Assembly (NCBI GenBank): GCA_035221665.1 | Contig: CM069148.1 | Location: forward strand, 44,206,001-44,270,000 | Direction: 5' to 3' | Length of the DNA stretch: 64,000 bases | Origin: Okamejei kenojei | Lineage: Eukaryota | Shown: positions 12,784 to 24,937 of the stretch, piece after piece | Position numbering within the stretch: the first letter of the stretch is position 1 | Layout: each line of letters starts with the position of its first letter | Translations under genes and position numbers: made by a program | Notes under the pieces: model-generated | What the model saw: the letters and a program-made list of their open reading frames with translations, nothing else | The model's database searches: none | Told to the model about the DNA's origin: nothing

Positions 12784-14174
12784 GTAAGGTTGTGGTGAGG
12801 GTGGGAGATGAGCGAGGTTGCGGTGGGAATTTCTTGCTGCTTTCAGCACCAGTATGCAAAATTGCATATTACTTTCCTCAAGGTAAGATCCTCGGTAGAT
12901 GGGCAACTGCCAACAAGTCACCAATTCATAATAGTGATGTTGTAATTTCAAATAGGGCGCAGAACTGCCCAGTGCCTTGGTAAGTGAACGGATGCGTAAT
13001 GGATGAGGACCTGTACTGAACCTGGCAGCAGGCTGACGTACTTTGGAATGGGGATTCATTCCAAATTTATTCCCAGCATAATTCATGGCTACTTGCTTGA
13101 ATCTCTTCAGTCGAGTCTCATCCATTCCCTCAGTTCAGAAGTATTTATGAACTAAATGACATGCCACCTTCTTGTGTGATCCAGCTGGATCAGAGCACAC
13201 TCACATGGTACCACTCATCGTCAGGAATTCACAAGAAAAAGCTCCTAACACGTGTTTCCTTACCTCTCCTATCTGCCTGCAATCTTTTCTTCACCACTTC
13301 CATTTTCTCATCTACACATTGCCTCATATCAAATAAAGATAACATTAACTTCTATCTGGATGCTGGCATACCCAAATTATCTCCGTCTCTCCCACATTGG
13401 CCACCTGATATGCTGCACTGGATGAACAAAAGATTCCTTTAAAAAGTATCGAGCAGACCAGAGCCATTGTCTTGACACAGCCTTTGTTCCTTAGTTCCTG
13501 CCTTCTCCTGTTCTTTGTCTCGATCAGGTGTTGCATTGGACAACTGAGCCTCCATGTACTGATAAAGTCACAAACATTTCCACCAATTCTGCACTGGCTC
13601 AGCTACAGCTGAAACCCTTGATTTCCTTCAAATATGGCGATTCATATGATCTTCTGGCCAGATTTCCTGGTCTTTTCTTATCCTGGTCTTCAAACTTTTA
13701 AATGGACTTTGGCATCCTGTGTCATCTCCCTCATCTCCTGTAACCCACCCAGTTGGTTGTGCTCCTTCAATTCTTAAAACTCTGTCATTTCTGAATTTAC
13801 CAGCTCACATTATCAGCTGCGCCTTTGACAGCCAGATCTAAGCTCTGGCATTCCTCGCTGAAGCCTCTTCATGCCTTTCCCTCCCTGTCGTTTTGACCAT
13901 GCCTTTGGTCATTTGCCATTGTTTAACATTATTTATTTGATGCTGCTTCTGTGTGGCACCGTGAAGAGTCTGGTTAAATAAAGGAGATATATGTGGATAT
14001 TGTTGATGTTGACTTGAGGTGTGGCCAGTGAACAGACACATGGGGTGGTGATTACCCCATTCCTCAGCCCATTCCCGTAGGTGAAAGGTTGATGAGAGTC
14101 GATTCAGAATTCTGGCTTGGTGTTATGTGGTTAGGGGTATTTGCAGCCTGTCGGCATCATTGCTTCTTTTCCAG

Positions 14175-14294
14175 GCTCTGGAGTGCTTTCGAGACGGTGC
14201 TGCAGCCGTGGGAAGGGAGGAGTTCCTGGACAGACTGATCCGGGTGGAGGATGAGGATGCTGTCTCCAATCCCAGAGTGCACTATTACAACAAG
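14175..14294 (+). CDS. NUP160: NUP160 exon (ALECFRDGAAAVGREEFLDRLIR...YYNK)
   Basis: ttttccag| acceptor, |gtgtgt donor, 120 nt. Confidence 0.95.
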
Positions 14295-15559
14295 GTGTGT
14301 ACTAAGCTGCAGTCTGCTGCTCGTGACCTTTTGCCAATAGCAAGGCTGCTTGGGTGAGGAGTCCATATGGGATGGGATCTAGCTTTAAGCATAGGATAGA
14401 TTTGAGCCCTTGTTTACCTGCAGGATAATTATGATTTTCAGCACTTTCGATCAACAATTGTTATTTTTCTCCCTTTGTTTTGGATTACACCTTTCTTTCT
14501 CCCACGAAAAGTTTTGCAACACTATTTCCAACCCGGTTTTGTTGTGCAGAGTCGCAACTGCACCTTATGGTTCCTGGGTGGCTGGTGTTGCTGAAACCAA
14601 TGTAAAAGTCCACAAGGCCTTTTAGGCTCTCGCTCTCTGTAACTGTTGATCCACGTTTATGTACGGTATATCTGATCTGTTTAGATATCTTGCAAAACAA
14701 AACTTTTCACTGTCCCTCGGTACACATAACAATAATAACCCTAAGCCTTTACTATCCGTGTTCCTCTCCATCATCCTGTGTTTACAGAATATCAATTGAT
14801 AGTTGTTTCTATTGATTGAGGATTTGGGGAGCTGTTTTTGCTGAGCAGTCATTAGGCAAGCAAAATAATCCGTAATGCTGCTCAATATCTATGTGAGTAT
14901 TAGATAACTAACCGGGCTAATTGATCTGTGGCAATGTAAACCAGGCTTTGCTACTATTCCACCTTTCAAATCTTCAAATGGATTTTTAGAAGTTTGGGAG
15001 AAAGTAAATTGACTATTTTTCCCATTTTAAAGGTGAGTTTGTGCATGTGTCTTCGTAATACTTTTGTAACATCCAGTTGGAACATATGGAACAAGATGAA
15101 ACTGAAATCTGTCTTTTGTCATTTAAACACCTAAAACACCTTAAAATGTAATTTTGCTTTGGGTAAAAGAACATTAAAAACAGTTAAAAAAAAGATCAAG
15201 GACATTCAAATTCCTACCAGCACAACTCGTATCTTGTCAGTCTTTTGGGTTATTTACAAAAAAACATTGCAATAGCAGATGTAACTATCTGCAAAACTAA
15301 TTAAAGCCCAGTTCTTTTTAAATGCAGATATTGGAGTTATTAATAGAAATACACAAACGTGCCTTGAATATCTGCTTTTAAACTGGGGCAATGCATGGTG
15401 TCCTATTGTTCCCATACTCACCTGACCACTGTGCTTGGTCTTTGCACCCTCTGTGCAATGGTTACTTTTCCCAAAGTGCTGGCACGTGTTCCTGAATAAT
15501 AACTTCAGCCATTTCAGATTGTCTCTTTGCAAACTACATCCTTCTGCTTTCATAAGTGC

Positions 15560-15905
15560 TGCACCAATTTTTGGTAACTATCCAACCCTCTGCCTTCGTC
15601 CCCTTTCTCCCCTCTTTCCCCGCTCCTTTTGTCTCGCACCATCCCTCTTTTCATCTCTGACCTTTGTCCATTATATGCCAATCAAAAACCCTCCTCACCT
15701 CGGTCGGCCTATTACCTGCCATACATTGTCTTGCCCCTCCTCTCTTCCAGCATTCTTTCCCTGTCCTCTATCCCGCAATCAATCTGAAGAAAGGTACCAG
15801 CCGGAAAAGTCTCCTATCCATTTCCTCAAGAGTTGCTGCCTGACCTGTCCAGCACTTTGTCTTTTTTTTTTATGAACCTGCATCTGCAGTCCCTTGTTTC
15901 TGTAT
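15560..15905 (+). mobile_element. Penelope-like 3' fragment (degraded)
   Basis: Pyrimidine-rich body, CTGAAGA...GAAA core, GCATCTGCAGT end. Confidence 0.65.
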
Positions 15906-15943
15906 TATATGAGCCCAACTGTTTGATGCTTGTTCGTTCCTAG

Positions 15944-16039
15944 GTCCTGCGATTGCTGGAGGACATGGGGTTACCAGAGCTTGTGCTGCAGCTAACGGCA
16001 ATTGCGGTAACTGAGGCAAGGGATGACTGGAAGATTCTG
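15944..16039 (+). CDS. NUP160: NUP160 exon (VLRLLEDMGLPELVLQLTAIAVTEARDDWKIL)
   Basis: ttcctag| acceptor, |gtgtgt donor, 96 nt. Confidence 0.94.
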
Positions 16040-16858
16040 GTGTGTGTGTTTATTTTTTACTTCCTATTTGATTAAGTCTTGACCCACTACTTCAATCTTT
16101 TCTTACTAGTAAAATGAAACCAACACCTTTTCCGTAGATTCTCAACTGATGTTCAACTAACGTAAGAGGCCCAGCAAGGATTTGTTCATTGTACAATCTC
16201 TGAATGGGGTTTTACATGACTGAGAGTAGCCTGTAGATTTGGTACGTGGTTTGTAACAGGTTTTTCCAGAAATATCCCTTTTTTGTTAAAAAGAAGCACA
16301 AGTTGGAGACTCGGAGTTGAACTGTAAAAGACCTTCGCGTTTTTACCCAACTTTCTCTCTTATCTGCAATTACACTGAGGAACGGTTAAATCTCCAATTT
16401 TCCCCCACTGGGTGCAGTGTTGACAGTCTGCAACGTTTCTCTCTTCACAGATGTTGCTTGGCCCAAGTATTTCTAGCTTTGTCTAAAATTCAGATTTGCA
16501 CAATTTAAATTGCCACACTAATAAGGGACTTGCCAATTTCCAGCATTTCGATACAACACATGCACAATGAATAATCTGGGTGGAATTGCCCTCTTAGCAA
16601 ATCTTAACAACAAATCATGAACCTGGCATTGTTTGGCTCCTGTTTTCAGCTGTGTTACTGTGTGGTGGCTCCGATTAAATTGAGGCATCGCTGGTTTTGT
16701 GTAGTACCATAGTAGATCAATAAAGCTTATAATGGTCTTCATTGTTTATATGTGTGCATGTGTGTGGATCAATCCTGTGTTGGTGTATAAAAACCAAACT
16801 GCTGTAATTTTTTTAAAACAATACTTAAGCCAAGTTTGATAACAACTCTGGAGTGTAA

Positions 16859-17044
16859 AGGGCCTATCCGACTTGGGCGTCATTTGCACGTCATTTTGCG
16901 ACATCGTTTACGCCTCATGACGCGCACATGGTGGCGTAGGCAGTGACACGCGGTAGCGCGAGGCGCCCCAGGATTTTGGGGTTCACAAAATCCTCGCACG
17001 CCACCTGTGTGATGCGCAAATTACGCCCAAGTGGGACAGGCCCT
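16859..17044. mobile_element. PIF/Harbinger-type MITE
   Basis: TIRs AGGGCCT(A/G)TCC(G/C)ACTTGGGCGT...ACGCCCAAGTGGGACAGGCCCT with TAA on both flanks. Confidence 0.8.
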
Positions 17045-17449
17045 TAAAAGCTTTCAACCCATGATGCTGGAATATGATTAGATTGTGTAGAAAGGAAAAT
17101 CTTTCCCATTGTTTAAAGGGAACAAGGGTAATGATAAATGGGTGATAATAAGGCAAAGAATTGAACAAAAGACACGCAAAGAGCGTCTTTAATTGGCAGC
17201 AGCAGTGGGGCAACCAGGGCCAGTGTCCAAAATGGAAGTTTGGAAAGATTAACAAATCTGGAAGTTATATGTTGCCAGATGGAAGTTACCAGATGGCAGC
17301 AGTTTGAGGGACTGATCCATTTTCTCAGTCTCGTAAAATATGAAGTATTGGGGTTTTTTATGCATCCATTTTGTTTTGGTATTCTGCTGGAGGCTGCAGT
17401 TGGGAATTAAAATGCCAAGTGACTGAAAGCCTAATGCTTAGAACCTAAG

Positions 17450-17634
17450 TGTGTAGGAAAGAACTGCAGATGCTGGTTTAAATCGAAGGTAGTCAACAAA
17501 TGCTGGAGTTACTCAACGGGACAGGCAGCATCTCCAGGGAGAAGGAATGGGTGACGTTTTGGATTGAGACCCTTCTTCTGAAGAAGGCAGAGATGCCGGT
17601 TGTCCTGCTGTGTTACTCCAGCATTTTGCGTCTA
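17450..17634. mobile_element. Penelope-like inverted insert
   Basis: Arms meet at CTTCTGAAG; 14-bp direct repeat GCTT(A/G)GAACCTAAG at 17436 and 17635. Confidence 0.8.
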
Positions 17635-18311
17635 GCTTGGAACCTAAGCATGGATATTCACAAAGATGCCATGAATGTGTTTGATTTATCCCAGATACAG
17701 AATACTAACTTAGAATTGGTACAATTGAAATTCTTGCTTTGTGTGACAAATGCTTGGTTCTCTGCACCAGTGGGAGGGAAACGCAAAAGGGCAGATCTTG
17801 CACCACCTGCACTCTCATGATGACATGTCTTGAGGTAAAGATCTTGTGTTATGGTGATTGAAGAGAAGATTTGCAATGAACAACCCCTCTGGAACATTGA
17901 GAGAGAGAAAAATAGGTGTTTGGTGTTGCTATCATGCTGGAAGTTGTACACATGACGGAGAATGTAGATGGCGGATGGTGCTGGGTTGGAAGTGGGCACG
18001 AAGAGTCCCTGGTTCAGGGAGCCAGGGAAAGGGGTGAGGTGCAGCTCATACACAAATGTCATCAAGGCATCATTAATTTTTTTGGTATGTCTAAAACAGC
18101 AAAGTAAGCATTAATGCGGAGCGTGGTGCTGTTTGAACACTTGCAATGAAGAAGCTGGGCAAGTGAAGGCGGGGGGGGGGGGGGGAATGACACCAGTTGG
18201 GTCTGCAGTGAGTGAGGAAGCAGAAGGTGTGAAGCCTCTCCTTGATGGGGTAATTGAAAGTGTAGAGGCTTAGGGTTTTCATGATGGATGTAATAATGAT
18301 CATCTTTCCTG

Positions 18312-19182
18312 GAAGTGCCCAGTTGCACGCACCCCTATCATCGCCAAGTGCTTTGAAAGGCTGGTCATGGCACACCTCAAATGCTGCCTATCTCCCACTC
18401 TGGACCCCTACCAGTTTGCATACCGCAAGAACAGGAGCACGGAGGATGCCATCTCGACGGCACTCCACTCCGCCCGCTCCCACCCCGAAGCTGCACGCAC
18501 AACCCCATTCATATCCAGGAGGTGGAACGTGTCTCCAGCTTCAGGTTCCTGGGGGTCAACATCTCCGATGACCTCTCCTGGACCCACAACACATCCTCGC
18601 TGATCAAGAAGGCTCACCAGCGTCTCTTCTTCCTGAGGAGACTTAAGAAGGTCCACCTGTCTCCACAGATTCTGGTGAACTTCTACCGCTGCACCATCGA
18701 GAGCATCCTTACCAACTGCATCACAGTATGGTATGGTAACTGCTCTGTCGCCAACCGGAAAGCTCTGCAGAGGGTGGTGAAGATCGCCTAACGCATCACA
18801 GGCTCCTCACTCCCCTCCATTGAGTCTGTACATAGTAAACGATGCCTGTGTCGTCAGGGACAGCTCACACCCCAACCATAGACTGTTTACCCTCCTCCCA
18901 TCCAGGAGACGCTACAGGTCCCTGCGCTGCCGGACCAGCAGGCTCAAGAACAGCTTCTTCCCTGCGGCTGTCACACTTCTCAACGCTGCACCTCAATGAC
19001 TGCCTGACTCCACCCCCCCCCCCCCCCCCCCCCCCCCCCGGACTATCCAATCACCAGCAAATTGCACGGATACCATTGTATATGTATTACTTGTTTATTT
19101 GTAAGTTCGCCCTTCGCAGATACCGACTGCATTTTGTTGTCTCTGTATTGTACACTGCACAATGGCAAAGATTGAATTGAAT
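18312..19182 (+). mobile_element. Rex1/Babar-clade LINE, internally deleted RT fragment
   Basis: [16 protein letters not shown]...[18 protein letters not shown] joined to [17 protein letters not shown]...KKAHQRLFFLRRLKK; TTGAA tail. Confidence 0.88.
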
Positions 19183-19221
19183 AGTGCCCACTGCATTTAA
19201 TCACTCGTATTTTCCCTCCAG

Positions 19222-19316
19222 GCTATGTTGTGGACAAAGATTTTCAAGCATCACTTGGACCTAGGTCACAATCATCAGGCTTATGAATCACTCACCCAGA
19301 ACCCGGACACCAGCAG
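19222..19316 (+). CDS. NUP160: NUP160 exon (AMLWTKIFKHHLDLGHNHQAYESLTQNPDTSR)
   Basis: ccctccag| acceptor, |gtgaga donor, 95 nt. Confidence 0.95.
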
Positions 19317-20168
19317 GTGAGAGAGCAGGAAAGACGCTGTTGTCAGTGTGTCTCCCACCCTTCCTCCCCTCTCTGGAATGGCGAGCTGACACGCCATGGT
19401 GTGATGTTGAGTTCAGTGTTGTGAGCATTGTCAGAGGGGTGACTAACAGGCTGGCTCATGAGCTCACCCTGGAGCAGTTCCAACACAGCTGTGTAGTACT
19501 GTATGGTGCCCTGTGTTGGCATTCACGGCCATAACCTACAGCAGGAGTGACAGATGTGGCAGCTGCAGAATCTTCTCCTTGGGGAGGAATGCTCTCTCAT
19601 TCCTCTGCTCTTCAGATGGGGTGAGGTGGTGTGGTGTGGCTTGCAGCTCTGCTGACCTCACATCTTTTGTTACAGTGGGCCTGTTTTTCTGTCTTTCCAC
19701 CGGCCCGTCCCCGCGCTGCTGAGAGATTGTCCACGGCATGGTACATCCCTGGGTTTGCCACGGTCAGGCTGTCATCGTTGTGTGAGGCAGCCTGCGCACT
19801 TGAGTCAACAGCCAGTATTGTCCATTGAAGGCCAGAACTACAGCGACTGTTTTTAAAAAGGACCCAGACCATTGCCGCTTCGTATCTGAATAAGCAGCTG
19901 ATAGTGTTCACCTTTCTTTTGAAAGTAACTCTCTCCATTTGTATTCTCTTTAGATATAACTTCACCTCCAGCAGCTGTAAAGGTGCACATTTTCATTTGA
20001 ACGAATGCTATAATGCTAACCTGGCAGCAACAGTGTGCTACTTGATCTGGCTGGACTGGATCCAATTTATTTATCATGGCCTAGATCCATTTCTAAATTG
20101 TAATGAATTGTTTGAATTTACATGTGTCTGGAGTTGAGAAGCAAGCTAACATAATTAAATTAATTAAT

Positions 20169-20445
20169 GGGCAGCACAGTGGCGCAGAGGTAGTGCTACT
20201 GCCTTACAGCACCAGAGACCCAGGTTCGATCCTGACTGCGGGTGCTTGTTTGTATGGAGTTTGTACGTTCTTCCTGTGACTTGCGTTGGTTTTCTCCACG
20301 ATCCTCTTTTTCCTCCCACACTTCAAAGACGTGCAGGTTAATTGGCTTGGTATAAATATAAAATTGTTTCTAGTTTGTGTAGGGTAGAGTGTAGGTAGAC
20401 TCAGTGGGCCGAAGGGTTCTGCACTATATCTCTAAACAAAACTAC
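20169..20445 (+). mobile_element. V-domain tRNA SINE (HE1-like)
   Basis: A-box TGGCGCAGAGG, B-box GGTTCGATCC, GGAGTTTGTACGTTCT core, CR1-like tail. Confidence 0.88.
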
Positions 20446-20891
20446 CAACACCAGTTCAGGCTGATTCTTGACTCCCTTAAGTGCTGGAAAATGCCAACTT
20501 TATATTGTCACTAAATGTTTACATACTCTTGTCTTAGTCTGTTTGTTCCTGTCACTTGCCATACTTGTCAGTTTTATTTTAAAAGGGCAGTCTCCCTGCG
20601 CTCAAAGGAACAACTTTTAAACTGTGCTTGGAGCAAAGGTTCCTGAAGATTTTTGCATTGCGTTTCAGGAATTTGTTTTCCTCTCCCCACCTCTCCCGCT
20701 TTCAACTATCAATGATGAATAAAAGTATTTTTATAAAGTTGCCTCAGCCCCAGCTGAAAAACAGGGCTTGGTGAGAAATGCCCCGGTTACTTCTAGCTGC
20801 TGACGGCAGACTGATAATTAATTATGCTGTATTAGAAAAGGCAGCCCCATCGTCCTAGATGGAGAAATCGCAAGAGAAAACTAGGCAATCC

Positions 20892-21018
20892 AGTCTGAAG
20901 AAGGGTCTCGACCCGAAACGTCGCCATCTCCTTCGCTCCTTAGATGCTGCTGCACCCGCTGAGTTTCTCCAGCCTTTTGTGCACCCTCGATTCTCCAGCA
21001 TCTGCTGTTCCTTCTTTA
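20892..21018 (+). mobile_element. Penelope-derived mini insert with intact minimal hammerhead core
   Basis: CTGAAGA-A-GGGTCTCGACCC-GAAA-CGTC at 20895-20922. Confidence 0.8.
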
Positions 21019-21234
21019 ACAATCAGTTTAAATGCCTTGCAAGTTCATGCCTTTGTTAAATGCTTTAATGAATTCAAAACTTGGTGATGGTGTTATGAAC
21101 ACACTGCTGGCTGGAAAGTAAAGTATGATAAATGTACAGAGGATGTGATCATGGTACAGGGAAGTGTAGGAAGAAGAATTGATCAAGTGTTTTTGCATTG
21201 TGATTTAGTGTGTGGTATCTCTGTCTTCCTGCAG

Positions 21235-21331
21235 ACAACTTGACTGCCTGCGTCAGTTGGTGGTGGTTCTGTGTGAGCGTTACCAACTTCAAGATCTGGT
21301 GGAGTTCCCTTACATCAACCTACACGATAAG
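21235..21331 (+). CDS. NUP160: NUP160 exon (QLDCLRQLVVVLCERYQLQDLVEFPYINLHDK)
   Basis: cctgcag| acceptor, |gtatgc donor, 97 nt. Confidence 0.96.
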
Positions 21332-21688
21332 GTATGCAAGGCCCAGGAGGCAGGTGGAGACTGGGGAATGTGGCCTGGCCTATCTGGCCTTGCCGATTAT
21401 TCAATACCAGCCCCTTCATTCAATTGCAGCTCTTTACACCATTGTAAAAATCCATCCAACAGCAGTGTTGACACAAGTTAATATTGTGGACACAGAATAC
21501 TCAATGATTAAAAATATTGGATTGTAGCAATGCCTCATCCAATGTCTATTGGGCTCGGTGGAGCAGCCATACTTGCAGCTAGCCTGAGAATACAACTGAC
21601 AGGCCTGTTGAATGATTGAAAGTTCCCAAAGTTGCTGATCTCAGTATTATGTTCCAGACTGAAGGCCTTCCATGCTCCTGTGTTCCAG

Positions 21689-21794
21689 GTTGTTGGAATC
21701 ATCGAGTCTCGTGCTCGGGCTGTGGACCTCATGACTCACAACTACTACGAGTTGTTGTATGCATTCCATATCCAGCGCCACAACTTCAGGAAAG
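21689..21794 (+). CDS. NUP160: NUP160 exon (VVGIIESRARAVDLMTHNYYELLYAFHIQRHNFRK)
   Basis: ttccag| acceptor, |gtaaag donor, 106 nt, ends in phase 1. Confidence 0.96.
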
Positions 21795-23227
21795 GTAAAG
21801 TCTGGGCCTGCTCTCTGATGTGACCTTGTACCACTTATGCACCAGATATACTGGCTGTGCTTTTCAGTCTGGGGACCTAGTACCAGTTTAATTGCAATGC
21901 ATAACCCAGACAGCTGTTGTATCCTAATATCCATATGGTTATACATGTCCCACCAGGGAACCCAGTCCTGTACAATGAGGTTCTTGACATTTTGGTATAA
22001 CACCGCATACACTGTATTATACTCCCTGGCATTCCCTGTAAGCTCTTAACTCTATTACACAAAAGTCTCCCAAGTGTGCAAACCTGCCACAGACTGCCGG
22101 TTCGCCTTCTATGCGAGCTGGCTCCCTGTGGTCAGCATGTGAGTCTGTTGCCACCACATGACCTTGAGCACCAGCATTAAACTGATTCATTCATGTATTT
22201 AGTGCACAATGTTGTTGTTCTCGAGTAAGACCATGGCATCTAGTCTTGGGTGTTAGGACATTTACAGAGGCAGCTGATTAGGCCAATCTAGGCTCGAGAG
22301 TTCCTTCCATACAGCTAACGTGTGTATGGATGCTTTTCGTGATTGCGATTCTTGATTGTCCAAATGCTCTCTTCCGCTTTGCTTCTTCCATTTTAGCTTC
22401 CTCATATGAGCAACATCACTTTGATGCAGGAATGCAAAACGGGGAGATTCGGTGCTGCTTGTTCCCTATGATGTTCCCAATGTTGAAACTCTTCAGGGTT
22501 TTTTTAAAGAGAATCTTTGAATCACTTTATGATAATCAATGCTATTCCATCTGCTCGTCAACAGCTGGGTATTTTCAGTGTTTGACAATCTAACATGAAT
22601 TTTCTCTGCTTAAAAGCTGAAAATTGACCATTCTACTTGAACCCTGCCAGAAACCCTCCCTGGCCATCACCTCTGTCCCTCTCGCTGTCCACTGTGTCTG
22701 GATGAAGTATTTGCATCCACTTTAACAATGAGCTGATCATCAAGACCACATTTCCACCCCTCTCTCCCCCCCCCCCCCCCAACATGTGTACTGCGATAGT
22801 GTCCGTCTCCGAACCTGCGCCCTTCACCTATTTATTCAGGTGTAATCATGGCTGGCAAGACCAGCATTTACCGCCAATTGGCTTTGAGAAGGTGGTAGTG
22901 AACGGCTGTCTTGAAACTGCAGCCTTGAACAGGGATTCTTCCTTGAAAGTATTCCCTCAGTAATGATGGGAGTGCGCGTATTACATTTTTGAATTAATAG
23001 TTCCTATTTGGGAACCAGAGGAAATTTCTCAGGCACCTCAATGATGGCCTTGATCAATTTCTGCGTTGACATTAAAGGAATCGCCTTTGCCTTGCGTCTG
23101 GAACTGCTTTATTTTCTGCTTTATTTATATTCAAGCTTGGACCAGGGCAGTGAGTGGTCCTGTGCTTGGTTTGCCTTGCTTTGTTTAGCCTGAGTCAATG
23201 TACGTTAGACATTCCATTTTCTAGAGT

Positions 23228-23535
23228 CTAGAGATACAGCATAGAAACAGGCCCTTCGGCTCACCAGGTCCACGCCAACCATGGACCACCCATTCATGCT
23301 AGTTCTAGGTTATCCCACTTTTGCATCCACTCCCTGCGCATTAGGGGCAATTTGCATGGGCTAATTAGACTACAAACCCGTACGTTTTTGGGATGTGGGA
23401 GGAAACCGGAACACTCCGAGTAAACTCGCACGTTCACAGGGAAAATGTGCAAACTCCACACCGGGACCCGAGGTCAGGATCGAACCCACGTCTCTGCCGC
23501 TGTGAGCCAGCAGCTCTACCAGATGCACCACTGTG
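23228..23535 (-). mobile_element. V-domain tRNA SINE (HE1-like)
   Basis: Reverse complement of the 20169 family including the B-box. Confidence 0.85.
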
Positions 23536-23920
23536 CGGTAGTCAGTTTTGTTTTTTCAGTAGTTACAAGTTATTTCAGAGTGTTTAAAGTAACTGAATTG
23601 CCCTCCTCGGAAAGAAAGCTGCCTCTTCTTGCTGCATCTGAATAAGTCATGAACTACATTCACTGGTGCTTAGTGCCATGTCTCTGCACAATCCTGGTTT
23701 GAATGACAGACTTATATTTGATTCTTGTCTTTTGCATGCTACTTAATGTTGTTCTAGATGGGGAGGGTGTTTTGCCCTAAGAGGTAGTGTTGACGTGTTG
23801 GGTGGGTGAAGGGATTGGGTTTTGACAATGTTCTTGACATGGTTGGGCTAATAGGTGGAGCTGCCTCCAGTTTCACTGCTTAGATAGTTAATAACTTTTT
23901 TCTTTCTGTTGTTCCCGCAG

Positions 23921-24082
23921 CTGGGAACAGTGATGTTCGAATATGGAATGCGTCTTGGCCGAGAGGTCCGCTCTCTCCAAGGGCTCCAGAAGCAAGTGCA
24001 CTGTTATTTGGTGGGAATAAACTGCTTGCGGCAAATCCGACCAGAGTATGCCTGGATTGTGCGGCCAGCGTCCGGAGCCATG
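23921..24082 (+). CDS. NUP160: NUP160 exon (GTVMFEYGMRLGREVRSLQGLQKQ...RPEYAWIVRPASGAM), one base too long at its 5' end
   Basis: cccgcag| acceptor, |gtatga donor; 162 nt where the flanking phases need 161 nt. Confidence 0.9.
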
Positions 24083-24876
24083 GTATGAGAATGTTCTTCA
24101 ACATGAATCTCATAGTTGAGGCTCTGTCCAATACACCTCAATCAGCCAGTGAGAATGTGGGTCCACACACCAGTCAGCGTCCAGAGTGCTGCGAGCTGGA
24201 GTACTGGTGCCAGGTTAATTGAAGCAGATGTGCCTGCTCCCTAGAGTTAAGACAAAATAGTGAGTGGCCCATTGAATGCTGAATTCATACTGTTGGTGTC
24301 GTGTGTTTGCTGAATGGGGAGGGCTCACATTCAAAATGGACTGAAGAAAGCACTCTGAATGCTTTATGCGGCAACTTCCAATCCTCGAGGGTTGGTAACT
24401 TAAAATAAAGCATCGGATGCACAGTCGGAGGTCACACTATGTTGGTGAATTTATAAAGTGACAGAAAGTTATTCAAGACTGATACTGTGTTCAGAGTTTC
24501 AAACGGCAATTAAAGTATGGTCAAATGTGTTGAAGTAGTAGCAGCAATGTAGAAATGATACTGAAAAGGGAGACAGCATTGTAGTATTTTCAGGCTGAAG
24601 GGAAGAATGTAACGATATTACCCATGGGTTAGTGACCTGGGCATGACTTTGGCTTGTTGAAGGCAAGAGGGATATCTTGATGGATCACCTTCCTAGTCAT
24701 TAAGTGTGGGTCAGGAAAGAGTTGTGGTAGAAATGTGTTAATTGGAGTGATAATCTGATTTTGTGCTCGAGAGTTAAAGGGCGTTGTGTTCAACGTGGTG
24801 CAGTCCTGTGGGGCGGGGTAGCGGTGAGTACTTTGGTGCTGCGACCGGCTGTTTAAACCTTTGGTTCTGCCAACAG

Positions 24877-24937
24877 TACGAGCGTCCGGGGGCCTCACCA
24901 AAGAGGAGCCATGATGGAGAATACACTGCCATTCAGG
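24877..24937 (+). CDS. NUP160: NUP160 exon (YERPGASPKRSHDGEYTAIQ)
   Basis: caacag| acceptor, |gtgaga donor, 61 nt. Confidence 0.94.

Noticed and set aside
19012-19040. Long C/G homopolymers (also near 3371, 18171, 46631, 47384) as functional G4 elements
   Set aside because: Lengths are unreliable in assemblies, and most lie in TE tails or neutral sequence
20169-20240. tRNA gene
   Set aside because: The A/B boxes belong to a SINE head followed by a V-domain and LINE-like tail
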